Notes under the pieces: generated by a model | Databases searched by the model: none | The model's input: the letters and a program-made list of their open reading frames with translations, nothing else | Told to the model about the DNA's origin: nothing | From: Eledone cirrhosa | Taxonomy: Eukaryota | Assembly (NCBI GenBank): GCA_964016885.1 | Contig: OZ024744.1 | Location: forward strand, 102,796,001-102,860,000 | Length of the DNA stretch: 64,000 bases | Reading direction: 5' to 3' | In this document: positions 34,601 to 49,600 of the stretch, in pieces | How the letters are laid out: each line of letters begins with the position of its first letter | Position numbering within the stretch: position 1 is the first letter of the stretch | Translations under genes and position numbers: made by a program

Positions 34601-37600
34601 CCATGAAACTAAAAAGTAACCAGTCTACTGCTTAAAGTGGTCCTGCTGCCATGAAACTAAAAAGTAGTCAGTCTACTGTTTAAAGTGGTCCTGTTGCCAT
34701 GAAACTAAAAAATAGTCAGTCTACTGTTTAAAGTGGTCCTGCTGCCATGAAACTAAAAAGTAGTCATTCTACTGGTTAAAGTGGTTATGCTGCCATGAAA
34801 CTAAAAAGTAGTCAGTCTACTGGTTAAAGTGGTTATACTGCCATGAAACTAAAAAGTAGTCAGTCTACTGGTTAAAGTGATCCTGTTGCCATGAAACTAA
34901 AAAGTAGTCAGTCCACTGTTTAAACTGGTCCTGCTGCCATGAAACTAAAAAGTAACCAGTTCCACTGTTTAAATGGTACTGTTGCCATGAAACTAAAAAG
35001 TAAACAGTCTACTGTTTAAAGTGGTCCTGTTGCCGTGAAACTAAAAAGTAACCATTCCACTGTTTAAAGTGGTCCTGCTGCCATGAAACTAGAAAGTAAC
35101 CAGCCTACTCTTTAAAGTGGTCCTGTTGCCATTAAACTAAAAAGTAACCAGTCTACTGTTTAAAGTGGTCCTGCTGGCATGGAACTAAAAAGTAATCAGT
35201 CTACTGTTTAAAGTGGGCCTGCTGCTATGAAACTAAAAAGTAGTCAGTCTACTGTTTAAAGTGGTCCTGTTGCCATGAAACTAAAAAATAGTCAGTCTTC
35301 TGTTTAAAGTGGTCCTGCTGCCATGAAACTAAAAAGTAGTCAGTATACTGTTTAAAGTGGTCCTGCTGCTATGAAACTAAAAAGTAACCAGTCTACTGTT
35401 TAAAGTGGTCCTGCTGCCATGAAACTAAAAAGTAACCAGTCTACTGTTTAAAGTGGTCCTGCTGGCATGGAACTAAAAAGTAATCAGTCTACTGTTTAAA
35501 GTGGGCCTGCTGCTATGAAACTAAAAAGTAGTCAGTCCACTGTTTAAAGTGGTTCTGCTGCCATGAAACTAAAAAGTAACCAGTCCACTGTTTAAAGTGG
35601 TACTGTTGCAATGAAACTAAAAAGTAACCAGTCCACTGTTTAAAGTGGTACTGTTGCAATGAAACTAAAAAGTAGTCAGTCCACTGTTTAAAGTGGTCCT
35701 GCTGCCATGAAACAAAAAGTAACCAGTCTACTGCTTAAAGTGGTCCTGTTGCCATGAAACTAAAAAGTAACCAGTCCAGTATTTAAAGTGGTCCTGCTGC
35801 CATGAAACTAAAAATTAGTCAGTCTACTGTTTAAAGTGGTCCTGTTGCCATGAAACTAAAAAGTGGTCAGTCTACTGTTCAAATTGGTCCTGCTGCCATG
35901 AAACTAAAAAGTAGTCAGTCTACTGTTTAACTGGTCTTGTTGCCATGAAACTAAAAAGTAACCAGTCTACTGGTCAAAGTGGTCCTGCTGCCATGAAACT
36001 AAAAAGTAGTCAGTCAACTGTTTAAAGTGGTCCTGCTGCCATGAAACTAAAAAGGAGTCAGTCCACTGTTTAAACTGGTCCTGCTGCCATGAAACTAAAA
36101 AGTAACCAGTTCCACTGTTTAAAGTGGTCCTGTTGCCATGAAACTAAAAAGTAAACAGTCTACTGTTTAAAGTGGTCCTGTTGCCATGAAACTAAAAAGT
36201 AAACAGTCTACTGTTTAAAGTGGTCCTGTTGCCGTGAAACTAAAAAGTAACCATTCCACTGTTTAAAGTGGTCCTGCTGCCATGAAAATAGAAAGTAACC
36301 AGCCTACTCTTTAAAGTGGTCCTGTTGCCATTAAACTAAAACGTAACCAGTCTACTGTTTAATGTGGTCCTGCTGCCATGAAACTAAAAAGTAGTCAGTC
36401 TACTGTTTAAAGTGGCCCTGCTTCCATGAAACTAAAAAGTAGTCAGTATACTGTTTAAAGTGGTCCTGCTGCCATGAAACTAAAAAGTAACCAGACCACT
36501 GTTTAAAGTGGTCCTGCTCCCATGAAACTAAAAAGTAACCAGTCTACTGCTTAAAGTGGCTCTGTTGCCATGAAACTAAAAAGCAGTCAGTCTACTGTTT
36601 AAAGTGGTCCTGTTGCCATGAAACTCAAAAGTAACCAGTCTACTGCTTAAAGTGGTCCTCTTGCAATAAAACTAAAAAGTAGTCAGTCTACTGTTTAAAG
36701 TGGTCCTGCTGCCATGAAACTAAAAAGTAGTCAGTCTACTGTTTAAAGTGGTCCTGTTGCCGTGAAACTAAAAAGTAACCATTCCACTGTTTAAAGTGGT
36801 CCTGCTGCCATGAAACTAAAAAGTAACCAGTCTACTGCTTAAAGTGGTTCTGTTGCCATGAAACTAAAAAGCAGTCCGTCTACTGTTTAAAGTGGTCCTG
36901 TTGCCATGAAACTCAAAAGTAACCAGTCCACTGTTTAAAATGGTCCTGTTGCCATGAAACTAAAAAGTAACCAGTCCACTGTTTAAAGTGGTCCTGCTGC
37001 CATGAAACTAAAAAGTAACCAGTCCACTGTTTAAAGTGGTCCTGTTGCCATGAAACTAAAAAGTAGTCAGACCACTGTTTAAAGTGGTCCTGCTGCCATG
37101 AAACTAAAAAGTAACCAGTCTACTGCTTAAAGTGGTCCTCTTGCAATGAAACTAAAAAGTAGTCAGTCTACTGTTTAAAGTGGTCCTGCTGCCATGAAAC
37201 TAAAAAGTAGTCAGTCTACTGTTTAAAGTGGTCCTGTTGCCATGAAACTAAAAAATAGTCAGTCTTCTGTTTAAAGTGGTCCTGCTGCCATGAAACTAAA
37301 AAGTAGTCAGTATACTGTTTAAAGTGGTCCTGCTGCCATGTAACTAAAAAGTAACCAGTCCACTGTTTAAAGTGGTCCTGCTGCCATGAAACTAAAAAGT
37401 AACCAGTCTACTGCTTAAAGTGGTTCTGTTGCCATGAAACTAAAAAGCAGTCCGTCTACTGTTTAAAGTGGTCCTGTTGCCATGAAACTCAAAAGTAACC
37501 AGTCCACTGTTTAAAATGGTCCTGTTGCCATGAAACTAAAAAGTAGCCAGTCTACTGTTTAAAGTGGTCCTGCTGCCATGAAACTAAAAAGTAACCATTC

Positions 37601-40600
37601 CACTGTTTAAAGTGGTCCTGCTGCCATGAAACTAAAAAGTAACCAGTCCACTGTTTAAAGTGGTCCTGCTGCCATGAAACTAAAAAGTAACCAGTCCACT
37701 ATTTAAAGTGGTCCTGTTGCCATGAAACTAAAAAGTAGTCAGTCCACTGTTTAAAGTGGTCCTGCTGCCATGAAACTAAAAAGTAACCAGTCTACTGCTT
37801 AAAGTGGTCCTGCTGCCATGAAACTAAAAAGTAGTCAGTCTACTGTTTAAAGTGGTCCTGCTGCCATGAAACTAAAAAATAGTCAGTCTACTGTTTAAAG
37901 TGGTCCTGCTGCCATGAAACTAAAAAGTAGTCATTCTACTGGTTAAAGTGGTTATGCTGCCATGAAACTAAAAAGTAACCATTCCACTGTTTAAAGTGGT
38001 ACTGTTGCCATGAAACTAAAATGTAAACAGTCTACTGTTTAAAGTGGTCCTGTTACCGTGAAACTAAAAAGTAACCATTCCACTGTTTAAAGTGGTCCTG
38101 CTGCCATGAAACTAGAAAGTAACCAGCCTACTCTTTAAAGTGGTCCTGTTGCCATTAAACTAAAAAGTAACCAGTCTACTGTTTAAAGTAGTCCTGCTGC
38201 CATGAAACTAAAAAGTAGTCAGTCTACTGTTTAAAGTGGTCCTGTTGCCATGAAACTAAAAAATAGTCAGTCTTCTGTTTGAAGTGGTCCTGCTGCCATG
38301 AAACTAAAAAGTAGTCAGTATACTGTTTAAAGTGGTCCTGGTGCTATGAAACTAAAAAGTAACCAGCCTACTGTTTAAAGTGGTCCTGCTGCCATGAAAC
38401 TAAAAAGTAACCAGTTTACTGCTTAAAGTGGTTCTGTTGCCATGAAACTAAAAAGCAGTCAGTCTAATGTTTAAAGTGGTCCTGTTGCCATGAAACTCAA
38501 AAGTAACCAGTCTACTGCTTAAAGTGGTTCTGTTGCCATGAAACTAAAAAGCAGTCAGTCTAATGTTTAAAGTGGTCCTGTTGCCATGAAACTAAAAAGT
38601 AGTCAGTCTACTGTTTAAAGTGGTCTTGCTGCCATGAAACTAAAAAGTAGTCAGTCTACTGTTTAAAGTGGTCCTGCTGCCATGAAACTAAAAAGTAACC
38701 AGTCCACTGTTTAAAGTGGTCCTGCTGCCATGAAACTAAAAAGTAACCAGTCCACTGTTTAAAGTGGTCCTGCTGCCATGAAACTAAAAAGTAACCAGTC
38801 CACTGTTTAAAGTGGTCCTGTTGCCATGAAACTAAAAAGTTGTCAGACCACTGTTTAAAGTGGTCCTGCTGCCATGAAACTAAAAAGGAACCAGTCTACT
38901 GCTTAAAGTGGTCCTCTTGCAATGAAACTAAAAAGTAGTCAATCTACTGTTTAAAGTGGTCCTGCTGCCATGAAACTAAAAAGTAGTCAGTCTACTGTTT
39001 AAAGTGGTCCTGTTGCCATGAAACTAAAAAAATAGTCAGTCTTCTGTTTAAAGTGGTCCTGCTGCCATGAAACTAAAAAGCAGTCAGTCTTCTGTTTAAA
39101 GTGGTTATGCTGCCATGAAACTAAAAAGTAACCAGTTCCACTGTTTAAAGTGGTCCTGCTGCCATGAAACTAGAAAGTAACCAGCCTACTCTTTAAAGTG
39201 GTCCTGTTGCCATTAAACTAAAAAGTAACCAGTCTACTGTTTAAAGTGGTCCTGCTGCCATGAAACTAAAAAGTAGTCAGTCTACTGTTTAAAGTGGTCC
39301 TGTTGCCATGAAACTAAAAAATAGTCAGTCTTCTGTTTGAAGTGGTCCTGATGCCATGAAACTAAAAAGTAGTCAGTATACTGTTTAAAGTGGTCCTGCT
39401 GCTATGAAACTAAAAAGTAACCAGTCTACTGTTTAAAGTGGTCCTGCTGCCATGAAACTAAAAAGTAACCAGTCTACTGCTTAAAGTCGTTCTGTTGCCA
39501 TGAAACTAAAAAGCAGTCAGTCTAATGTTTAAAGTGGTCCTGTTGCCATGAAACTCAAAAGTAACCAGTCCACTGTTTAAAATGGTCCTGTTGCCATGAA
39601 ACTAAAAAGTAGCCAGTCTACTGTTTAAACTGGTCCTGCTGCCATGAAACTAAAAAGTAACCAGTCCACTGTTTAAAGTGGTCCTGTTGCCATGAAACTA
39701 AAAAGTAGTCAGTCCACTGTTCAAAGTGGTCCTGCTGCCATGAAACTAAAAAGTAACCAGTCTACTGCTTAAAGTGGTCCTCTTGCAATGAAACTAAAAA
39801 GTAGTCAGTCTACTGTTTAAAGTGGTCCTGCTGCCATGAAACTAAAAAGTAGTCAGTCTACTGTTTAAAGTGGTCCTGTTGCCATGAAACTAAAAAATAG
39901 TCAGTCTTCTGTTTAAAGTGGTCCTGTTGCCATGAAACTAATAAGTAGTCAGTATACTGTTTAAAGTGGTCCTGCTGCCATGAAACTAAAAAGTAGTCAG
40001 TATACTGTTTAAAGTGGTCCTGCTGCCATGAAACTAAAAAGTAACCAGTCCACTGTTTAAAGTGGTCCTGCTGCCATGAAACTAAAAAGTAACCAGTCTA
40101 CTGCTTAAAGTGGTTCTGTTGCCATGAAACTAAAAAGCAGTCCGTCTACTGTTCAAAGTGGTACTGTTGCCATGAAACTCAAAAGTAACCAGTCCACTGT
40201 TTAAAATGGTCCTGTTGCCATGAAACTAAAAAGTAGCCAGTCTACTGTTTAAAGTGGTCCTGCTGCCATGAAACTAAAAAGTAACCAGTCTACTGTTTAA
40301 AGTGGTCCTGCTGCCATGAAACTAAAAAGTAGTCATTCTACTGGTTAAAGTGGTTATGCTGCCATGAAACTAAAAAGTAGTCAGTCTACTGGTTAAAGTG
40401 GTTATACTGCCATGAAACTAAAAAGTAGTCAGTCTACTGGTTAAAGTGATCCTGTTGCCATGAAAGTAAAAAGTAGTCAGTCCACTGTTTAAACTGGTCC
40501 TGCTGCCATGAAACTAAAAAGTAACCAGTTTCACTGTTTAAAGTGGTACTGTTGCCATGAAACTAAAAAGTAATCAGTCTACTGTTTAAAGTGGCCCTGT

Positions 40601-43600
40601 TGCCGTGAAACTAAAAAGTAACCATTCCACTGTTTAAAGTGGTCCTGCTGCCATGAAACTAAAAAGTAACCAGCCTACTCTTTAAAGTGGTCCTGTTGCC
40701 ATTAAACTAAAAAGTAACCAGTCTACTGTTTAAAGTGGTCCTGCTGCCATGAAACTAAAAAGTAGTCAGTATACTGTTTAAAGTGGTCCTGTTGCCATGA
40801 AACTAAAAAATAGTCAGTCTTCTGTTTAAAGTGGTCCTGCTGCAATGAAACTAAAAAGTAGTCAGTATACTGTTTAAAGTGGTCCTGCTGCTATGAAACT
40901 AAAAAGTAACAAGTCTACTGTTTAAAGTGGTCCTGCTGCCATGAAACTAAAAAGTAACCAGTCTACTGTTTAAAGTGGTCCTGCTGCCATGTAACTAAAA
41001 AGTAATCAGTCTACTGTTTAAAGTGGTCCTGCTGCCATGAAACTAAAAAGTAGTCAGTCTACTGTTTAAAGTGGGCCTGCTGCTATGAAACTAAAAAGTA
41101 GTCATCCACTGTTTAAAGTGTTTCTGCTGCCATGAAACTAAAAAGTAACCAGTCCACTGTTTAAAGTGGTACTGTTGCAATGAAACTAAAAAGTAACCAG
41201 TCCACTGTTTAAAGTGGTACTGTTGCAATGAAACTAAAAAGTAGTCAGTCCACTGTTTAAAGTGGTCCTGCTGCCATGAAACAAAAAGTAACCAGTCTAC
41301 TGCTTAAAGTGGTCCTGTTGCCATGAAACTAAAAAGTAGTCAGTCTACTGTTTAAAGTGGTCCTGTTGCCATGAAACTAAAAAATAGTCAGTCTACTGTT
41401 TAAAGTGGTCCTGCTGCCATGAAACTAAAAAGTAACCAGTCCAGTATTTAAAGTGGTCCTGCTGCCATGAAACTAAAAATTAGTCAGTCTACTGTTTAAA
41501 GTGGTCCTGTTGCCATGAAACTAAAAAGTGGTCAGTCTACTGTTCAAAGTGGTCCTGCTGCCATGAAACTAAAAAGTAGTCAGTCTACTGTTTAACTGGT
41601 CTCGTTGCCATGAAACTAAAAAGTAACCAGTCTACTGGTCAAAGTGGTCCTGCTGCCATGAAACTAAAAAGTAGTCAGTCAACTGTTTAAAGTGGTCCTG
41701 CTGCCATGAAACTAAAAAGGAGTCAGTCTACTGTTTAAACTGGTCCTGCTGCCATGAAACTAAAAAGTAACCAGTTCCACTGTTTAAAGTGGTCCTGTTG
41801 CCATGAAACTAAAAAGTAAACAGTCTACTGTTTAAAGTGGTCCTGTTGCCATGAAACTAAAAAGTAAACAGTCTACTGTTTAAAGTGGTCCTGTTGCCGT
41901 GAAACTAAAAAGTAACCATTCCACTGTTTAAAGTGGTCCTGCTGCCATGAAAATAGAAAGTAACCAGCCTACTCTTTAAAGTGGTCCTGTTGCCATTAAA
42001 CTAAAAAGTAACCAGTCTACTGTTTAAAGTGGTCCTGCTGCCATGAAACTAAAAAGTAGTCAGTCTACTGTTTAAAGTGGTCCTGTTGCCATGAAACTAA
42101 AAAATAGTCAGTCTTCTGTTTGAAGTGGTCCTGATGCCATGAAACTAAAAAGTAGTCAGTATACTGTTTAAAGTGGTCCTGCTGCTATGAAACTAAAAAG
42201 TAACCAGTCTACTGTTTAAAGTGGTCCTGCTGCCATGAAACTAAAAAGTAACCAGTCTACTGCTTAAAGTCGTTCTGTTGCCATGAAACTAAAAAGCAGT
42301 CAGTCTAATGTTTAAAGTGGTCCTGTTGCCATGAAACTCAAAAGTAACCAGTCCACTGTTTAAAATGGTCCTGTTGCCATGAAACTAAAAAGTAGCCAGT
42401 CTACTGTTTAAACTGGTCCTGCTGCCATGAAACTAAAAAGTAACCAGTCCACTGTTTAAAGTGGTCCTGCTGCCATGAAACTAAAAAGTAACCAGTCTAC
42501 TGCTTAAAGTGGTCCTCTTGCAATGAAACTAAAAAGTAGTCAGTCTACTGTTTAAAGTGGTCCTGTTGCCATGAAACTAAAAAATAGTCAGTCTTCTGTT
42601 TAAAGTGGTCCTGTTGCCATGAAACTAATAAGTAGTCAGTATACTGTTTAAAGTGGTCCTGCTGCCATGAAACTAAAAAGTAGTCAGTATACTGTTTAAA
42701 GTGGTCCTGCTGCCATGAAACTAAAAAGTAACCAGTCCACTGTTTAAAGTGGTCCTGCTGCCATGAAACTAAAAAGTAACCAGTCTACTGCTTAAAGTGG
42801 TTCTGTTGCCATGAAACTAAAAAGCAGTCCGTCTACTGTTTAAAGTGGTACTGTTGCCATGAAACTCAAAAGTAACCAGTCCACTGTTTAAAATGGTCCT
42901 GTTGCCATGAAACTAAAAAGTAGCCAGTCTACTGTTTAAAGTGGTCCTGCTGCCATGAAACTAAAAAGTAACCAGTCTACTGTTTAAAGTGGTCCCGCTG
43001 CCATGAAACTAAAAAGTAGTCATTCTACTGGTTAAAGTGGTTATGCTGCCATGAAACTAAAAAGTAGTCAGTCTACTGGTTAAAGTGGTTATACTGCCAT
43101 GAAACTAAAAAGTAGTCAGTCTACTGGTTAAAGTGATCCTGTTGCCATGAAACTAAAAAGTAGTCAGTCCACTGTTTAAACTGGTCCTGCTGCCATGAAA
43201 CTAAAAAGTAACCAGTTCCACTGTTTAAAGTGGTACTGTTGCCATGAAACTAAAAAGTAATCAGTCTACTGTTTAAAGTGGCCCTGTTGCCGTGAAACTA
43301 AAAAGTAACCATTCCACTGTTTAAAGTGGTCCTGCTGCCATGAAACTAAAAAGTAACCAGCCTACTCTTTAAAGTGGTCCTGTTGCCATTAAACTAAAAA
43401 GTAACCAGTCTACTGTTTAAAGTGGTCCTGCTGCCATGAAACTAAAAAGTAGTCAGTATACAGTTTAAAGTGGTCCTGTTGCCATGAAACTAAAAAATAG
43501 TCAGTCTTCTGTTTAAAGTGGTCCTGCTGCAATGAAACTAAAAAGTAGTCAGTATACTGTTTAAAGTGGTCCTGCTGCTATGAAACTAAAAAGTAACAAG

Positions 43601-46600
43601 TCTACTGTTTAAAGTGGTCCTGCTGCCATGAAACTAAAAAGTAACCAGTCTACTGTTTAAAGTGGTCCTGCTGCCATGGAACTAAAAAGTAATCAGTCTA
43701 CTGTTTAAAGTGGGCCTGCTGCCATGAAACTAAAAAGTAGTCAGTCTACTGTTTAAAGTGGGCCTGCTGCTATGAAACTAAAAAGTAGTCAGTCCACTGT
43801 TTAAAGTGGTTCTGCTGCCATGAAACTAAAAAGTAACCAGTCCACTGTTTAAAGTGGTACTGTTGCAATGAAACTAAAAAGTAACCAGTCCACTGTTTAA
43901 AGTGGTACTGTTGCAATGAAACTAAAAAGTAGTCAGTCCACTGTTTAAAGTGGTCCTGCTGCCATGAAACAAAAAGTAACCAGTCTACTGCTTAAAGTGG
44001 TCCTGTTGCCATGAAACTAAAAAGTAGTCAGTCTACTGTTTAAAGTGGTCCTGTTGCCATGAAACTAAAAAATAGTCAGTCTACTGTTTAAAGTGGTCCT
44101 GCTGCCATGAAACTAAAAAGTAACCAGTCCAGTATTTAAAGTGGTCCTGCTGCCATGAAACTAAAAATTAGTCAGTCTACTGTTTAAAGTGGTCCTGTTG
44201 CCATGAAACTAAAAAGTGGTCAGTCTACTGTTCAAAGTGGTCCTGCTGCCATGAAACTAAAAAGTAGTCAGTCTACTGTTTAACTGGTCTCGTTGCCATG
44301 AAACTAAAAAGTAACCAGTCTACTGGTCAAAGTGGTCCTGCTGCCATGAAACTAAAAAGTAGTCAGTCAACTGTTTAAAGTGGTCCTGCTGCCATGAAAC
44401 TAAAAAGGAGTCAGTCTACTGTTTAAACTGGTACTGCTGCCATGAAACTAAAAAGTAACCAGTTCCACTGTTTAAAGTGGTCCTGTTGCCATGAAACTAA
44501 AAAGTAAACAGTCTACTGTTTAAAGTGGTCCTGTTGCCATGAAACTAAAAAGTAAACAGTCTACTGTTTAAAGTGGTCCTGTTGCCGTGAAACTAAAAAG
44601 TAACCATTCCACTGTTTAAAGTGGTCCTGCTGCCATGAAAATAGAAAGTAACCAGCCTACTCTTTAAAGTGGTCCTGTTGCCATTAAACTAAAAAGTAAC
44701 CAGTCTACTGTTTAATGTGGTCCTGCTGCCATGAAACTAAAAAGTAGTCAGTCTACTGTTTAAAGTGGTCCTGCTGCCATGAAACTAAAAAGTAACCAGT
44801 CTACTGCTTAAAGTGGTCCTCTTGCAATGAAACTAAAAAGTAGTCAGTCTACTGTTTAAAGTGGTCCTGCTGCCATGAAACTAAAAAGTAGTCAGTCTAC
44901 TGTTTAAAGTGGTCCTGTTGCCATGAAACTAAAAAATAGTCAGTCTTCTGTTTAAAGTGGTCCTGCTGCCATGAAACTAAAAAGTAGTCAGTATACTGTT
45001 TAAAGTGGTCCTGTTGCCATGAAACTCAAAAGTAACCAGTCCACTGTTTAAAATGGTCCTGTTGCCATGAAACTAAAAAGTAGCCAGTCTACTGTTTAAA
45101 GTGGCCCTGCTGCCAGGAAACTAAAAAGTAACCATTCCACTGTTTAAAGCGGTCCTGCTGCCATGAAACTAAAAAGTAACCAGTCCACTGTTTAAAGTGG
45201 TCCTGCTGCCATGAAACTAAAAAGTAACCAGTCCACTATTTAAAGTGGTCCTGTTGCCATGAAACTAAAAAGTAGTCAGTCCACTGTTTAAAGTGGTCCT
45301 GCTGCCATGAAACTAAAAAGTAACCAGTCTACTGCTTAAAGTGGTCCTGCTGCCATGAAACTAAAAAGTAGTCAGTCTACTGTTTAAAGTGGTCCTGTTG
45401 CCATGAAACTAAAAAGTAACCAGTCTACTGTTTAAAGTGGTCCTGCTGCCATGAAACTAAAAAGTAGTCATTCTACTGGTTAAAGTGGTTATGCTGCCAT
45501 GAAACTAAAAAGTAGTCAGTCTACTGGTTAAAGTGGTTATACTGCCATGAAACTAAAAAGTAGTCAGTCTACTGGTTAAAGTGATCCTGTTGCCATGAAA
45601 CTAAAAAGTAGTCAGTCCACTGTTTAAACTGGTCCTGCTGCCATGAAACTAAAAAGTAACCAGTTCCACTGTTTAAAGTGGTACTGTTGCCATGAAACTA
45701 AAAAGTAATCAGTCTACTGTTTAAAGTGGCCCTGTTGCCGTGAAACTAAAAAGTAACCATTCCACTGTTTAAAGTGGTCCTGCTGCCATGAAACTAAAAA
45801 GTAACCAGCCTACTCTTTAAAGTGGTCCTGTTGCCATTAAACTAAAAAGTAACCAGTCTACTGTTTAAAGTGGTCCTGCTGCCATGAAACTAAAAAGTAG
45901 TCAGTATACTGTTTAAAGTGGTCCTGTTGCCATGAAACTAAAAAATAGTCAGTCTTCTGTTTAAAGTGGTCCTGCTGCAATGAAACTAAAAAGTAGTCAG
46001 TATACTGTTTAAAGTGGTCCTGCTGCTATGAAACTAAAAAGTAACAAGTCTACTGTTTAAAGTGGTCCTGCTGCCATGAAACTAAAAAGTAACCAGTCTA
46101 CTGTTTAAAGTGGTCCTGCTGCCATGGAACTAAAAAGTAATCAGTCTACTGTTTAAAGTGGGCCTGCTGCCATGAAACTAAAAAGTAGTCAGTCTACTGT
46201 TTAAAGTGGGCCTGCTGCTATGAAACTAAAAAGTAGTCAGTCCACTGTTTAAAGTGGTTCTGCTGCCATGAAACTAAAAAGTAACCAGTCCACTGTTTAA
46301 AGTGGTACTGTTGCAATGAAACTAAAAAGTAACCAGTCCACTGTTTAAAGTGGTACTGTTGCAATGAAACTAAAAAGTAGTCAGTCCACTGTTTAAAGTG
46401 GTCCTGCTGCCATGAAACAAAAAGTAACCAGTCTACTGCTTAAAGTGGTCCTGTTGCCATGAAACTAAAAAGTAGTCAGTCTACTGTTTAAAGTGGTCCT
46501 GTTGCCATGAAACTGAAAAATAGTCAGTCTACTGTTTAAAGTGGTCCTGCTGCCATGAAACTAAAAAGTAACCAGTCCAGTATTTAAAGTGGTCCTGCTG

Positions 46601-49600
46601 CCATGAAACTAAAAATTAGTCAGTCTACTGTTTAAAGTGGTCCTGTTGCCATGAAACTAAAAAGTGGTCAGTCTACTGTTCAAAGTGGTCCTGCTGCCAT
46701 GAAACTAAAAAGTAGTCAGTCTACTGTTTAACTGGTCTCGTTGCCATGAAACTAAAAAGTAACCAGTCTACTGGTCAAAGTGGTCCTGCTGCCATGAAAC
46801 TAAAAAGTAGTCAGTCAACTGTTTAAAGTGGTCCTGCTGCCATGAAACTAAAAAGGAGTCAGTCTACTGTTTAAACTGGTCCTGCTGCCATGAAACTAAA
46901 AAGTAACCAGTTCCACTGTTTAAAGTGGTCCTGTTGCCATGAAACTAAAAAGTAAACAGTCTACTGTTTAAAGTGGTCCTGTTGCCGTGAAACTAAAAAG
47001 TAACCATTCCACTGTTTAAAGTGGTCCTGCTGCCATGAAAATAGAAAGTAACCAGCCTACTCTTTAAAGTGGTCCTGTTGCCATTAAACTAAAAAGTAAC
47101 CAGTCTACTGTTTAATGTGGTCCTGCTGCCATGAAACTAAAAAGTAGTCAGTCTACTGTTTAAAGTGGTCCTGCTGCCATGAAACTAAAAAGTAACCAGT
47201 CTACTGCTTAAAGTGGTCCTCTTGCAATGAAACTAAAAAGTAGTCAGTCTACTGTTTAAAGTGGTCCTGCTGCCATGAAACTAAAAAGTAGTCAGTCTAC
47301 TGTTTAAAGTGGTCCTGTTGCCATGAAACTAAAAAATAGTCAGTCTTCTGTTTAAAGTGGTCCTGCTGCCATGAAACTAAAAAGTAGTCAGTATACTGTT
47401 TAAAGTGGTCCTGTTGCCATGAAACTCAAAAGTAACCAGTCCACTGTTTAAAATGGTCCTGTTGCCATGAAACTAAAAAGTAGCCAGTCTACTGTTTAAA
47501 GTGGCCCTGCTGCCAGGAAACTAAAAAGTAACCATTCCACTGTTTAAAGCGGTCCTGCTGCCATGAAACTAAAAAGTAACCAGTCCACTGTTTAAAGTGG
47601 TCCTGCTGCCATGAAACTAAAAAGTAACCAGTCCACTATTTAAAGTGGTCCTGTTGCCATGAAACTAAAAAGTAGTCAGTCCACTGTTTAAAGTGGTCCT
47701 GCTGCCATGAAACTAAAAAGTAACCAGTCTACTGCTTAAAGTGGTCCTGCTGCCATGAAACTAAAAAGTAGTCAGTCTACTGTTTAAAGTGGTCCTGTTG
47801 CCATGAAACTAAAAAATAGTCAGTCTACTGTTTAAAGTGGTCCTGCTGCCATGAAACTAAAAAGTAGTCATTCTACTGGTTAAAGTGGTTATGCTGCCAT
47901 GAAACTAAAAAGTAGTCAGTCTACTGGTTAAAGTGGTTATACTGCCATGAAACTAAAAAGTAGTCAGTCTACTGGTTAAAGTGATCCTGTTGCCATGAAA
48001 CTAAAAAGTAGTCAGTCCACTGTTTAAACTGGTCCTGCTGCCATGAAACTAAAAAGTAACCAGTTCCACTGTTTAAAGTGGTACTGTTGCCATGAAACAA
48101 AAAAGTAAACAGTCTACTGTTTAAAGTGGTCCTGTTGCCGTGAAACTAAAAAGTAACCATTACACTGTTTAAAGTGGTCCTGCTGCCATGAAACTAGAAA
48201 GTAACCAGCCTACTCTTTAAAGTGGTCCTGTTGCCATTAAACTAAAAAGTAACCAGTCTACTGTTTAAAGTGGTCCTGCTGCCATGAAACTAAAAAGTAG
48301 TCAGTCTACTGTTTAAAGTGGTCCTGTTGCCATGAAACTAAAAAATAGTCAGTCTTCTGTTTAAAGTGGTCCTGCTGCCATGAAACTAAAAAGTAGTCAG
48401 TATACTGTTTAAAGTGGTCCTGCTGCTATGAAACTAAAAAGTAACCAGTCTACTGTTTAAAGTGGTCCTGCTGCCATGAAACTAAAAAGTAACCAGTCTA
48501 CTGTTTAAAGTGGTCCTGCTGCCATGGAACTAAAAAGTAATCAGTCTACTGTTTAAAGTGGGCCTGCTGCTATGAAACTAAAAAGTAGTCAGTCCACTGT
48601 TTAAAGTGGTTCTGCTGCCATGAAACTAAAAAGTAACCAGTCCACTGTTTAAAGTGGTTCTGCTGCCATGAAACTAAAAAGTAACCAGTCCACTGTTTAA
48701 AGTGGTACTGTTGCAATGAAACTAAAAAGTAACCAGTCCACTGTTTAAAGTGGTACTGTTGAAATGAAACTAAAAAGTAGTCAGTCCACTGTTTAAAGTG
48801 GTCCTGCTGCCATGAAACAAAAAGTAACCAGTCTACTGCTTAAAGTGGTCCTGTTGCCATGAAACTAAAAAGTAGTCAGTCTACTGTTTAAAGTGGTCCT
48901 GCTGCCATGAAACTAAAAAGTAGTCAGTCTACTGTTTAAAGTGGTCCTGTTGCCATGAAACTAAAAAATAGTCAGTCTACTGTTTAAAGTGGTCCTGCTG
49001 CCATGAAACTAAAAAGTAACCAGTCCAGTATTTAAAGTGGTCCTGCTGCCATGAAACTAAAAATTAGTCAGTCTACTGTTTAAAGTGGTCCTGTTGCCAT
49101 GAAACTAAAAAGTGGTCAGTCTACTGTTCAAAGTGGTCCTGCTGCCATGAAACTAAAAAGTAGTCAGTCTACTGTTTAACTGGTCTTGTTGCCATGAAAC
49201 TAAAAAGTAACCAGTCTACTGGTCAAAGTGGTCCTGCTGCCATGAAACTAAAAAGTAGTCAGTCAACTGTTTAAAGTGGTCCTGCTGCCATGAAACTAAA
49301 AAGGAGTCAGTCTACTGTTTAAACTGGTCCTGCTGCCATGAAACTAAAAAGTAACAAGTTCCACTGTTTAAAGTGGTCCTGTTGCCATGAAACTAAAAAG
49401 TAAACAGTCTACTGTTTAAAGTGGTCCTGTTGCCATGAAACTAAAAAGTAAACAGTCTACTGTTTAAAGTGGTCCTGTTGCCGTGAAACTAAAAAGTAAC
49501 CATTCCACTGTTTAAAGTGGTCCTGCTGCCATGAAACTAGAAAGTAACCAGCCTACTCTTTAAAGTGGTCCTGTTGCCATTAAACTAAAACGTAACCAGT

